The notes: generated by a model not told the origin, from the letters alone. A stretch of DNA of 24,000 bases from Candidatus Nomurabacteria bacterium (GCA_020631865.1 JACKGS010000003.1:45098-69097); one strand, 5' to 3'. Shown: positions 14,306-23,446, counted from the first letter of the stretch. Program-made: numbers and translations.

Positions 14306-16903
14306 TTAGTCATCAATTTTCTTCCTGTTCTTAGTAGTTGTCTTTGATGCTTCATCACTCTTGGTACGGTCACTGCTTTTTGTTATGACTTTTTGCCTTT
14401 GGTTGCCCTCAGTTACGGGTGACGCTTCCTGCTTCTTAGCAAATGATGCACGTGACAACTCTATGGCACGTTGTGAGACTTCTTGACTCCCATCACCAAC
14501 TAGTAACAATGTTTGACCAGACATGGGCTCCTGGGGTGTAATAGCAGATAATTTGGCATAGAAGTTAAAGGCCGGAACGTTACTCATCTCTCCTTGTTCA
14601 ATATATGGCGAAAAGAGTGGTAGTAATAATCTTTCATCTTCAGGATTTCCAGTTCTAAAACTAATGATCGTACCGACGTTTGCCAAGATGATACTTACCA
14701 TCTGCTGGTCTTTTTGTTGAGAAGTAGACTGTTCAGCCATCACCATAAATAACTTATACTTCCGTGATTCAGACAGCATCTGCACGAATGAAGACGTGGC
14801 AAAGTTCTGGAACTCATCAACGTACAAATAAAAATGTCGACGTTCACTCTGGGGGATACGGGCCCGCCGCAAACTGGCTAGCTGCAATTTAGCAAGTACA
14901 GTGATCCCAAACAATTCCGAAGTATCTTCACCAAGAATACCTTTAGAAAAGTTACAGATAAGAATCTTACCTGAGTTAATGATGTCATCGAAATCAATGG
15001 TAGAACGTGGTTGTTCGAGGATTTGCTTAGCAGAAGCTGAGAACAAAAACCGTCCGATCTTTGCCGTGATACCGGCTGCCATTTTAACTTTCTGCATGTC
15101 TCCAGCTTTACCAAGTTCGTTATTCCAAAAGTTAATTAGGTTTTTATCTTCCAGTGTTTTTATAATCTTTTTTCTATACTTAGTATCATTGAGTAGATCA
15201 AAGACCGTGAACAGGGTAGCGCCTTCTACTGTCAGGGCGGTTTGTATGGTGTTTCGAAGGACATATTCAATGCGGTGACCGCCGGTGTCTTCTTCTGAAA
15301 ATATCTTCCGAAATACCGAAATGACAGATTCAGTAATGATATCTTTTTCCCTCAGTAAATCATTACCAGATATCTCGGGAGTAAGCTCCAAGATATTGAG
15401 CCCAATGGGGTACTCTAAATCATCTGGATTGAAGTAAACGACGTCATCGATGCGATCTGGTGGCACATGTCGAAGTAGCGTTTCTGCCATGTCGCCGTGC
15501 GGGTCAATGATTGCGACACCTTTGCCACTTCTCATATCTTGAGTAATGGCGTACTGCAGCATGGTTGTCTTACCGTTACCAGTGCCACCAATGATGTACA
15601 TATGTCGCTCACGCTCTGGTTCAGTTAAACCAATGAGTGTTTCAGTGCCTCTGTGTATATTTTTTCCAATAATGACATCAAGTGCATGATGTTGCTTGAG
15701 GGATATTGGTGCCGGAAGGGTCCGACTGAGCGAACTTACAAGATTATCTGTTTTACTTATGTAGCTGCTGGGGAAGTGGAATAAACTAGATAACTCTGAA
15801 GCGGAAAGTATTAATGAATGTGAACGATAAATACCTGGAAGCCTCAAGCTGGCAAGCTTTAATTGGTAAGCCCGAAGGAGCGGATTATACATTTTGGCAC
15901 GAAGTTCTTGGTACGGCGGCACCGAGTATGCATCAAGCGAAGATTTCAAAGCCGACACGTGATCCTTGGTGTGATTACTGGTGATAAGCAGTCTGAGATC
16001 TACCTGGAAAAGGGGCTGGGTGAGTTTTTGGTGCATTGATTCCATAAGCTCTAATTCAAAAGCACTGAGCGTTCGAGCCGGACGTTGGCGTTTCATAACC
16101 TGGGCTTGAAACTGCGCATCTTTGCCCGACTTGTTTTTGTAATGAGCATCGGTTGAGCCGTTATATACTTCACCGACCATTTCGGTCGCTCCGAGCATAG
16201 CACCACCAAGTACATCGGTCAGCGAATGAAGCCGCGAAAGCTTACCCTGTTCAACTCGCCGCAGTATATCTTCGTTACTTAAGATTCTTCGAGATAGTTT
16301 ACGCGCTTCAGGAAGGTGAACCGGCGTAACAACGAGCTGCATGGATATTTGCTCGTCGTCTGCTAAATTTGTCATAGCGCTGGTGATATATGACAGCGGA
16401 TCGTGTTGATCAAACGCTTTGGAGGTGCTGATAGGTAGTACGTAGTGATTCTTCTGAGTAAACTCGATAACCTTGTCCGCGGGCTTAGGATGATAATCGA
16501 CGATACTCACTTTACTATCCGGGATGTAAGCAGCTATGGCTTTTTGGACGGTGCTGCTGTGTTTTTTCTCGATTTGAATATAGAAGCGGATACCGCTAGA
16601 TTTGGTTGAGGTGATCTCGAAACTCGACGTTGGACTACGCTTTAAGATTCGATCGCGCAATGCCCGTGCGGCGTATAATCCATGAATGACGGAGAATAGT
16701 TGCTGAGTGGCTTCTGGTGTCTTTTTGATAGAAAGCGGGGGAGTCACTTCAAGCCAGACGAGGTCACGATGGTAGAGATATCTTCTGTTCAGAATTAGTA
16801 TGAGCAGCTTACATATGAATACGGTGGCGACTGCAGTGAATAGGCTAATGACTATAGTAGGCCACTGCTCAATGATGGTAGAGATATATCCTGGGGGTTC
16901 CAT
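14306..16903 (-). CDS. type IV secretion coupling protein (VirD4/TraG/TraD-like ATPase)
   Basis: An N-terminal TM helix is present. Walker A is MYIIGGTGNGKTT and Walker B is HFYLYVDEFQNFAT. The intervening AIIDPHGD and the LFMVMAEQS motifs are typical of T4SS DNA-transfer/TraD-type ATPases. The C-terminal tail is Lys/Ser/Thr-rich. Confidence 0.8.
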   Translation of the reverse strand: MEPPGYISTIIEQWPTIVISLFTAVATVFICKLLILILNRRYLYHRDLVWLEVTPPLSIKKTPEATQQLFSVIHGLYAARALRDRILKRSPTSSFEITSTKSSGIRFYIQIEKKHSSTVQKAIAAYIPDSKVSIVDYHPKPADKVIEFTQKNHYVLPISTSKAFDQHDPLSYITSAMTNLADDEQISMQLVVTPVHLPEARKLSRRILSNEDILRRVEQGKLSRLHSLTDVLGGAMLGATEMVGEVYNGSTDAHYKNKSGKDAQFQAQVMKRQRPARTLSAFELELMESMHQKLTQPLFQVDLRLLITSNHTKDHVSALKSSLDAYSVPPYQELRAKMYNPLLRAYQLKLASLRLPGIYRSHSLILSASELSSLFHFPSSYISKTDNLVSSLSRTLPAPISLKQHHALDVIIGKNIHRGTETLIGLTEPERERHMYIIGGTGNGKTTMLQYAITQDMRSGKGVAIIDPHGDMAETLLRHVPPDRIDDVVYFNPDDLEYPIGLNILELTPEISGNDLLREKDIITESVISVFRKIFSEEDTGGHRIEYVLRNTIQTALTVEGATLFTVFDLLNDTKYRKKIIKTLEDKNLINFWNNELGKAGDMQKVKMAAGITAKIGRFLFSASAKQILEQPRSTIDFDDIINSGKILICNFSKGILGEDTSELFGITVLAKLQLASLRRARIPQSERRHFYLYVDEFQNFATSSFVQMLSESRKYKLFMVMAEQSTSQQKDQQMVSIILANVGTIISFRTGNPEDERLLLPLFSPYIEQGEMSNVPAFNFYAKLSAITPQEPMSGQTLLLVGDGSQEVSQRAIELSRASFAKKQEASPVTEGNQRQKVITKSSDRTKSDEASKTTTKNRKKIDD

Positions 16904-17412
16904 GTTTGAGCTCCTCTCATGCCATGAATAAATGAATAGCTGATTGCAGCATCTTTAGAAAAGGTACGTTTGCTTACTATGTTAAGTCCAAGTACATTCA
17001 TCTCCGATATGGTGAATTCTCCAGTCATACTATCGACATGTATAACGTAGGCTACATGACCAAACTCTCCGGAATCGGTTTGGAAAATTGCACCAACGGC
17101 AGGGGTGTTATTGACTTCATAGCCATCATTCCATGCTCGATCGTCCCACGTATTGGCGTTGCCCCAACTTGTGGGGATAGGGTAACCGGCCCAATGACGC
17201 ATTGAATACACCCAGTAGGTACAGTTGCCCCAAGCGTAGGTATTGCCCTCAGCGTGCCCCCCAGTATAGAAACCTTGCGATTCAGCTGCAGCCAAGCTTG
17301 GTACATTTGAAAGAAACGATAACACACTGCCGCCCATAGAAAATACTGCTGCGAAGGGCAGAGCAATAATCACTGACATAGTGGCGAGAAGCAGTATGAG
17401 CTGTTTCTTCAT
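16852..17412 (-). CDS. secreted CHAP-domain peptidoglycan hydrolase (VirB1 functional analogue)
   Basis: It has a signal or TM segment MKKQLILLLATMSVIIALPFAAV, a catalytic Cys in WGNCTYWV and a His in FGHVAYV. An alternative GTG start lies at 17457. The 3' end overlaps the coupling-protein start by 52 nt. Confidence 0.75.
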   Translation of the reverse strand: MKKQLILLLATMSVIIALPFAAVFSMGGSVLSFLSNVPSLAAAESQGFYTGGHAEGNTYAWGNCTYWVYSMRHWAGYPIPTSWGNANTWDDRAWNDGYEVNNTPAVGAIFQTDSGEFGHVAYVIHVDSMTGEFTISEMNVLGLNIVSKRTFSKDAAISYSFIHGMRGAQTWNPQDISLPSLSSGLL

Positions 17413-17453
17413 ATTGCCGCTAGTGACTACATTCAGCGCTACGAAACCTACAC

Positions 17454-19202
17454 TCACGTGTACAGCTCCGCAGGATCAGTGGTAATGAGCGGATGCTCTT
17501 TTTCGCTCGCGACCACTTTTACAGCCACATGATTCTGATCCGCAATAATCAGCGCATCTCCACGCTCACAGGTGAGCAGAAACTGTTGTTCATACTCTGA
17601 GAGATTAAATTCACTAACGACGCCTTTGATAGTCGTAGTGTCTTGGCGCATCAGAATTCTTAGCGCTGACTGCGAGGCAATAGCCCGACCGTAGCAGTTC
17701 TTCAAAAAGTCATCAGCTTGTTGGGTAATGATGGAAACTCCGAGGTAGTATTTTCGAGCTCGTCTGACAAGTCCAGCCACAAACTGGGCACTTTGCTCAT
17801 GCTCAAGTAGTAACCAACCTTCATCGATGACCAGTAAGCGTTTTTCTGGACGGGCTTTGACTTGATTCTGAATAAAGGTAGAGATTATCAGCATCATGAT
17901 CGGACGTAGGTCTCCGGGCATGTCTTTGATATCGAAAACCACCAGGCGATTATCTAATTTAATGTTGGTGTGTGAATTGAAGACTTCGGCAATGGATCCG
18001 GTTATATATTTCTCCAGCCGTTCACAGAGCTGCAAATGACCCAACTTATGTAACTCAGCGTACAGATCTTGAAGCAGTGGTTGCTCATTTTTGGCTTTTT
18101 TATAGACTTTGAGGATTGCTTTATCGACTGCCGCTTTTTCACGTTTTTCGAGACCCTCGGCCATCAAGGCTATCACTGCTGTTAGATCCTGAACATGTTC
18201 AGCAAGATCACTTTTGGAATGAAAAGTACTGGCTAGATCAAACGGGTTAATCTTTTGTTTGCTTTTAGCAGATAGTTTTATGTAGGTGCCACCAACTGAC
18301 TCACTAAGGTTTTTATATTCCCGTTCTGGATCAATGACCAGCACTTTGGTGCTCTGCATGAGCTGCCGGAGTATCTCTACTTTGGTGGTGTAGCTTTTAC
18401 CTGAGCCACTTTGTGCAAAGACTATTGAGTTAGCGTTATGGAGTGCGAAGCGGTCTAAAATAACCAGTGAGTTATTCGACTTATTAACGCCGTAGAGGAT
18501 GCCGGATTCTTGGACTAACTCGGAGCTCATAAATGGGAAGGTGAGGGCGGCGGAACTACTATCGAGGTTCCGTTTTTGAGAAAGCTGGTCTTCACTTCTG
18601 GGTAGAACCGACTGCAGAGCTTCAAGTTGTTCATAGCGGGCAACTTTAGAGTAAAACAGGCGAGCGGATAGAGTCGCTTCCAGGAGCTTGGTAATCTTAT
18701 TGAGCTCGGTCAAACTATCGGCACGGAGGCATACATAGATGGCCATTTGGAAGAGCTTTTCTTGACCACGTTGAATCTTGTCGCGAAGTTCAATAGCAGA
18801 TTCTAGTGGGTCAGTGATTTCTGAGCCAACTATCTTACCAGCTCGCATCATGGCTCGCTTGGTACTCTCAAGCTCAGTTATCTTACGATGTAGTTTTGGT
18901 AGAGCAAGCAGGGCATCCACTTCATGCAGATGATAGCTGATATCACTATCATGGTTAAAGTTAATTAAACTATCCATCCAGCCGGAACTGGCTACAAACG
19001 GGTAGCCAGATATATACAGTGTTCTAATATAGACGCCGTCCAGTAAGAGGTAATCGGGATTTTCTTCTAGTCCAGCATAGCTCAGAATATCCACGGCATC
19101 TTGTTCGCCAAATGTTAGCGATAATTCACTTCGTTTGTTTTCTCTGGCTCGTTTTTGTTGTTTGATTTTGTCTTTGGTTCGTTCAAGTAGTTTACCTGGC
19201 AT
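17454..19202 (-). CDS. virB4: VirB4-family T4SS ATPase, C-terminal two thirds (ATPase part of a split VirB4)
   Basis: Walker A is VFAQSGSGKSYTT and Walker B is RLLVIDEGWLLLE. LGVSIITQQ is also present. The N-terminus YIRTLYISGYPFVASSGWMDSL matches the middle region of Gram-positive VirB4/TcpF/PrgJ-type proteins. An AAGGAG sequence lies 7 nt before the ATG. Confidence 0.85.
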   Translation of the reverse strand: MPGKLLERTKDKIKQQKRARENKRSELSLTFGEQDAVDILSYAGLEENPDYLLLDGVYIRTLYISGYPFVASSGWMDSLINFNHDSDISYHLHEVDALLALPKLHRKITELESTKRAMMRAGKIVGSEITDPLESAIELRDKIQRGQEKLFQMAIYVCLRADSLTELNKITKLLEATLSARLFYSKVARYEQLEALQSVLPRSEDQLSQKRNLDSSSAALTFPFMSSELVQESGILYGVNKSNNSLVILDRFALHNANSIVFAQSGSGKSYTTKVEILRQLMQSTKVLVIDPEREYKNLSESVGGTYIKLSAKSKQKINPFDLASTFHSKSDLAEHVQDLTAVIALMAEGLEKREKAAVDKAILKVYKKAKNEQPLLQDLYAELHKLGHLQLCERLEKYITGSIAEVFNSHTNIKLDNRLVVFDIKDMPGDLRPIMMLIISTFIQNQVKARPEKRLLVIDEGWLLLEHEQSAQFVAGLVRRARKYYLGVSIITQQADDFLKNCYGRAIASQSALRILMRQDTTTIKGVVSEFNLSEYEQQFLLTCERGDALIIADQNHVAVKVVASEKEHPLITTDPAELYT

Positions 19203-19831
19203 TAGTTATCTCCTTTTTGAGTTAGGGCGGTGTGGATGAGTGACAAGGCCTGCTCAGTGAGCGGCTGGATCTTGGCCATTGAAGGATTATAGAAACCGTA
19301 AAACAGATCAAGTATTTCAAAGCTGGACAATAACTTGGTGTGCATACCAAGTCGGCTCATGCCTTTACTGATAATGTCTACTTTGATCTTCAGCTGTTCT
19401 TTAATCAGATCAAAGTCCGTCTTGTTGGCTGCGGCGTATGGAATGATCAGATAGAAGTGGCGGGTCAGGATTTTGTTGGTGGTGACGAGCGAGCTGATAA
19501 ACTCTTTATAGTTCAAAAGCTGAGAACGGTAGATTGGCTCAGACTCACTCGCAAACCGATCAGATAGATCCTGAAGGTATTTATCCATATCTATTTCTCT
19601 GGTTCGTATGAGAATTTGCAGGTTACTACCAATCGAATTCAGAAAACTTTCATAGGTATCGATAATAGCATCCTGCTCATCCTCACTTTTCAGTTCAAAG
19701 TTGAGTGATGATACTTCCAGTACTGCCCGGAACTGGTTATTTGGGAGTATCAGAATACTATCCTGTACGCCCTTAATGGCAATCTGATTTCGGGAACTGG
19801 TCTTAGTCTTGGATTTCTGTAAGGCGAACAC
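19202..19831 (-). CDS. VirB4 N-terminal domain protein (first part of a split VirB4)
   Basis: IAIKGVQDSILILPNNQFRAVLEVSSLNFELKSEDEQDAIIDTYESFLNSIGSNLQILIRT matches the N-terminal domain pattern of Gram-positive VirB4-like ATPases. The start is placed at GTG 19831, which is preceded by AAGGAG with a 6-nt spacer. The stop overlaps the next ATG as TAATG. The longer track ORF to 20089 overlaps the upstream gene. Confidence 0.65.
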   Translation of the reverse strand: MFALQKSKTKTSSRNQIAIKGVQDSILILPNNQFRAVLEVSSLNFELKSEDEQDAIIDTYESFLNSIGSNLQILIRTREIDMDKYLQDLSDRFASESEPIYRSQLLNYKEFISSLVTTNKILTRHFYLIIPYAAANKTDFDLIKEQLKIKVDIISKGMSRLGMHTKLLSSFEILDLFYGFYNPSMAKIQPLTEQALSLIHTALTQKGDN

Positions 19832-20312
19832 GTAATGCTCCTTTCTTGGATGTTTCAAAACGAAGCTTCGCTTCCGGATGATCGACGCGGGCGAGTACTC
19901 TGGCGGTTTGATGGAAATCGAGTTGCGGCATTTGCATAGTCGTTTCACGGGTGAAGGCTTCGGATTCATTATCTGATTCAATCGTGATAGCGTCGTAGTC
20001 TTTTCGATATGCATGCGTATTCTTATTGAAGATGTAATACTTTGGACGCAGGTTATACCGGGCAATTGTAAGTATCCATAGCAAGACAATTTTGCCTCTT
20101 ATTCGAATGGCAAGAATAAAACTGACAAGTGAAACGACAGTAATAATAAGGTACTTATATAAACTGCCGCCCATATTTGGCGGCAGTAGTGCGTATAGCC
20201 CGGCTCCGATAAACACCGGCAAGATAAACAGGAGTATCTGAGACAAACCGAGGTTTCCCATTATGCGGTCTTCTACTGTAGTCACTTGAGCGGGAACAAC
20301 GGTAGTTTTCAT
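19803..20312 (-). CDS. PrgI/VirB3-like small T4SS membrane protein
   Basis: VPAQVTTVEDRIMGNLGLSQILLFILPVFIGAGLY and a second TM helix fit the PrgI-family pattern. The gene sits directly upstream of VirB4. Its ATG overlaps the upstream stop as ATGA, and an AAAGGA sequence lies 6 nt upstream. Confidence 0.65.
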   Translation of the reverse strand: MKTTVVPAQVTTVEDRIMGNLGLSQILLFILPVFIGAGLYALLPPNMGGSLYKYLIITVVSLVSFILAIRIRGKIVLLWILTIARYNLRPKYYIFNKNTHAYRKDYDAITIESDNESEAFTRETTMQMPQLDFHQTARVLARVDHPEAKLRFETSKKGALRVRLTEIQD

Positions 20313-21790
20313 AATTCATCCTTTCCGGTTCTTGGCGTTGGTGGTGTGCTCTTGATTACTGTCGTCCGTGGAGTCGGTTTTGGTGCGGCGTAGGTAGTGC
20401 CCGTCGGCAGGTTGCTAGAATGAGTCGACTGCTTACCTGACGGCTTAGATACACTTGGGCTGCGGTAGGTACTTGTATTGTTGAAGCGTTTATACGATCC
20501 GCCACTTGCTGCAGTAATTCCAGCTCTGCTCGTTGATCCAGTCGTAGACTTTGAGGCAACTACTGAGCGGCCTTTTGTTTGCATGTAGGATATGCCATTC
20601 ATAAACTGACTACCGAGTTTACGAGCATTACGGGCGCCCATACTGACGTAACTAAACTGCATCATAACTCCCTGAGTTTTAAGAAGTACAAGTACTGTAG
20701 CGAGGCCAACCACCATACTCATGAGGGTATTGGGAAGTTGCTCGCCACTTGTAACTGACATACCCGTGAAAAGCGAGGAGGCAAGTTGCAGGGTGACAAC
20801 GTGTACAAAAAGTACAAAGATAGTCGTGATGTAGGTTCGAACAGCGCTTGATGAAAAGTCACGGAAGCCAGGGATCAGCCAGATCATAATGATAAGGGGC
20901 GAGAGGACGGCGCCAATAAACAGCGTAACAATCCTCCCCACGTAGTAGACCATCAGTACAACTGAGACGATTAAGAAGGCTAACATAATCAGCAGAGCGG
21001 CTGCGCTCTGTCCGCCACTTTCTGAAACGACGGTGGACAGTGTTTGCCAGACGGAGCTACTGCCACTGACTTTACTGATTGCTGTGATGAGCACATTGGA
21101 TAGTTCGATAATTGCATCGATGATAAAGATCGAAGAATTAAGTAGTAAAAAGGCCAGCCCAATACGCGGCAGTAGGTGTTTGACTTCAATTTCATCAAAC
21201 CCAAATGTCGCAGCGCTCATGACATGAAAGCCGAGCAGAGCCACGATAACAATAAGTAGCACATTGGTGATACCAACCACTGCTAACCAAAGATTAAAGA
21301 CACTGGAGTTTTCTGCCATCAAAGGCGTTTCCTTGGTGAAGTAATCAAGCGCCGCCAAAAACGGTGCGCCAACAGCTTGGATAATGTTATTTAAAAATCC
21401 GGTTACGGCACGAATCAGTACATCGACCAGGCCGTTACCAACATCAGCTGGTTCTATTGCTTCGAGTGCAGGAAGGGAAGTGTTAGCACCTCCAGCAGGA
21501 GCGCCGTATGCATTACTCAGAACGGAGACTAACGTCGCAGATGCAATGACGATCACCAGTCCAATCAAGGCGTTTCTGATAATACGCTTGGCGTTTTCTA
21601 GGGACTCAGGATTACCACGACTGGTGATGTAGCCATAGCCACCATAGACCAAAAAGAACACAACGGCTACCGTAGCGAGACTAGCTAACATACGTATAGT
21701 TGGATACACATACTCTCGCATAACTGCGATGGCACCCGAGGAGTCTGCCATGAGCTGCAAACTCATGGTGAAATAATCAGGAATATTCAT
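20309..21790 (-). CDS. polytopic VirB6/TrbL-like T4SS membrane protein with an N-terminal pilin-like module and an S/T/P-rich tail
   Basis: There are at least 7 hydrophobic helices. Residues of about 36-95 (ASLATVAVVFFLVYGGYGYITSRGNPESLENAKRIIRNALIGLVIVIASATLVSVLSN) are homologous to the adjacent pilin. A GGAGG sequence lies 5 nt before the ATG. Confidence 0.65.
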   Translation of the reverse strand: MNIPDYFTMSLQLMADSSGAIAVMREYVYPTIRMLASLATVAVVFFLVYGGYGYITSRGNPESLENAKRIIRNALIGLVIVIASATLVSVLSNAYGAPAGGANTSLPALEAIEPADVGNGLVDVLIRAVTGFLNNIIQAVGAPFLAALDYFTKETPLMAENSSVFNLWLAVVGITNVLLIVIVALLGFHVMSAATFGFDEIEVKHLLPRIGLAFLLLNSSIFIIDAIIELSNVLITAISKVSGSSSVWQTLSTVVSESGGQSAAALLIMLAFLIVSVVLMVYYVGRIVTLFIGAVLSPLIIMIWLIPGFRDFSSSAVRTYITTIFVLFVHVVTLQLASSLFTGMSVTSGEQLPNTLMSMVVGLATVLVLLKTQGVMMQFSYVSMGARNARKLGSQFMNGISYMQTKGRSVVASKSTTGSTSRAGITAASGGSYKRFNNTSTYRSPSVSKPSGKQSTHSSNLPTGTTYAAPKPTPRTTVIKSTPPTPRTGKDEL

Positions 21791-21791
21791 A

Positions 21792-22142
21792 TTATCCTCC
21801 GAAGGCGTTCGTCGCCAGACCAGCCACGATATTGCTCAGTACAAATGCTCCAATGGTGATCGCTAGTCCGATCAAGGCATACATGATCGTCCGCTTACCC
21901 CTATCAAGGTGTTCAGGGTTACCCGAGCTGGTGATATAGGTAAATCCTCCAGCAACTAAAAAGCCGGTCGCTATGAGACCGGCTAGACTTGCTATGACTT
22001 TGATGATGCTACGGATGAAGGATTCTATCTGCGCAACCTCACCTGAGGACGATTGCGCCAGAACTTCTGGTGCAAATATGATCGGTAAACCGAGCATAAT
22101 GAGAAACGCTACTACTTTAATACTTGTGGAACTTCTAGTCAT
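21792..22142 (-). CDS. VirB2/TrbC-like T4SS pilin
   Basis: A signal peptide (IKVVAFLIMLGLPIIFAPEVLA-QS) is followed by two hydrophobic helices flanking YITSSGNPEHLDRGKRTIMYALIGL. The start is at ATG 22142, preceded by GGAGGG with a 7-nt spacer. The track start at 22175 is less likely. Confidence 0.7.
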   Translation of the reverse strand: MTRSSTSIKVVAFLIMLGLPIIFAPEVLAQSSSGEVAQIESFIRSIIKVIASLAGLIATGFLVAGGFTYITSSGNPEHLDRGKRTIMYALIGLAITIGAFVLSNIVAGLATNAFGG

Positions 22143-22278
22143 CTCAGACCCTCCGTTGATAAGTTGTAAGCTCAAAGTATCACAGTGGAATAAAAATAGT
22201 ACAGCATAAGCTTTTACAATGTTTGTAAAATGGGTGGTTATATAAGCGTTTTGGTATCTGAAAATTGTGTAGTATATA

Positions 22279-22307
22279 ATACTACAAAGTATTCACGGAC
22301 TTATCAA
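22279..22307 (-). promoter_or_regulatory. candidate sigma-70-type promoter of the T4SS operon
   Basis: On the minus strand the sequence reads TTGATA, then 17 nt, then TAGTAT (plus-strand tatcaa 22302-22307 and atacta 22279-22284). This is about 137 nt upstream of the pilin ATG. An 8-bp inverted repeat ttttacaa-tgt-ttgtaaaa (22212-22230) lies in the putative leader. Confidence 0.3.
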
Positions 22308-22581
22308 TAAATTTAAAACACTTTGCAATGTATTGGCGCAATAGACAATATGGTATAGACTTAAGGTATTAAGACGAAAAGAGCCCCGAACGGTTAAATG
22401 CCTAAGGCTCTCTTTTTTTGTCGCTTACAAAAACTGGTTCTCTTAATTACTGAGAGCTGTCTATTGTGCTATCCACACCTGTATATTCTCCCAACCTCCG
22501 GCCATCCATGCCATGGAGCATTTCGACCACAAAGGCTGGTGGCTGAGAAAATGCTTGCCATTTTGTCACATATTCTTCAAC

Positions 22582-22887
22582 CTAGGTTGGCACATCGTCC
22601 AGCCCCTTGCCTCTGACGGAATCAATAGCATGATTTATCTCATTTCCATACAGTCGCCAGTAATATTTATAGCGCATTCGTTCTGCCATCGATGCATTAC
22701 GGTCACCCGGGTGACTGATGCCATAATGAGATATAAAGTACAGGTCGCACCGCTTACGCTCGTCTAGGCTGAAATCATGGCGGATGAGAAAATAGTTAAA
22801 CCTATTGGTTGTTTTAGCTACTAGCTTGGCACGGGCTCTCAAGAACGGGAGCTTCCATGTGGCAATTTCTGGCATATATTCGTTCAT
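22582..22887 (-). CDS. hypothetical protein (possibly interrupted by an in-frame TAG; the frame continues to 22444)
   Basis: The ORF is 101 aa with no motif I recognise. The same frame stays open for 45 more codons after the TAG at 22582-22584 and ends at TAA 22444-22446. Confidence 0.45.
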   Translation of the reverse strand: MNEYMPEIATWKLPFLRARAKLVAKTTNRFNYFLIRHDFSLDERKRCDLYFISHYGISHPGDRNASMAERMRYKYYWRLYGNEINHAIDSVRGKGLDDVPT

Positions 22888-22912
22888 AGTGATTTTATAG
22901 ATGTAAGATTTT

Positions 22913-23446
22913 TTACCATGGCGTGGATTTTTGATATTTTTTTAAGACTTTTGAAATAAGTTTCGCGTCTTCTTCGTTGTAGGCGCAGAGGATCACTTGT
23001 TCAATACTGCTTGCATGATTATCATCGAAAAACTCTCGTATTGAGTCTACCGCGATTCGAACGGCTTCTTCTTTCGGGTAACTATATATGCCGGTCGATA
23101 TAAGCGGGAAGGCGATAGAGTTTAATGACTTTTCTTCTGCTAAGTTTAGTGATTGCCAATAACAGCTCCGTAAAAGTTCAGCGTCATTTTCATTATCTCC
23201 GTAGACTGGCCCAACGGTATGTATAACGTACTGAGCCGACAACTTAAACCCAGGAGTTATGACCGCATCACCAGTTTCGCAGTGGCCGTGCTTTTGACAG
23301 GCTTCTGTCATTACATCATACCCTGCAGCATCAAATATTGCCCCGCAAACACCACTACCACCAAAGAGTTGCTTGTTTGCGGCATTCACAATTGCATCTG
23401 TTTTCTGATCGACAATATTTCCTTGGACGCAGGATATCTCAGCCAT
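22913..23446 (-). CDS. macro domain protein (ADP-ribose binding / O-acetyl-ADP-ribose deacetylase-like)
   Basis: GNIVDQKTDAIVNAANKQLFGGSGVCGAIFDAAG, VIHTVGPVY and IAFPLISTGIYSYP are canonical macro-domain motifs. The ATG overlaps the upstream stop as TAATG. Confidence 0.85.
   Translation of the reverse strand: MAEISCVQGNIVDQKTDAIVNAANKQLFGGSGVCGAIFDAAGYDVMTEACQKHGHCETGDAVITPGFKLSAQYVIHTVGPVYGDNENDAELLRSCYWQSLNLAEEKSLNSIAFPLISTGIYSYPKEEAVRIAVDSIREFFDDNHASSIEQVILCAYNEEDAKLISKVLKKYQKSTPW

Noticed and set aside
22379-22420. Terminator-like hairpin agagcc..ggctct followed by a T-run
   Set aside because: The stem is only 5-6 bp with a 20-nt loop. It could weakly terminate the minus-strand gene upstream, or act bidirectionally, but it is too weak to call as a feature.
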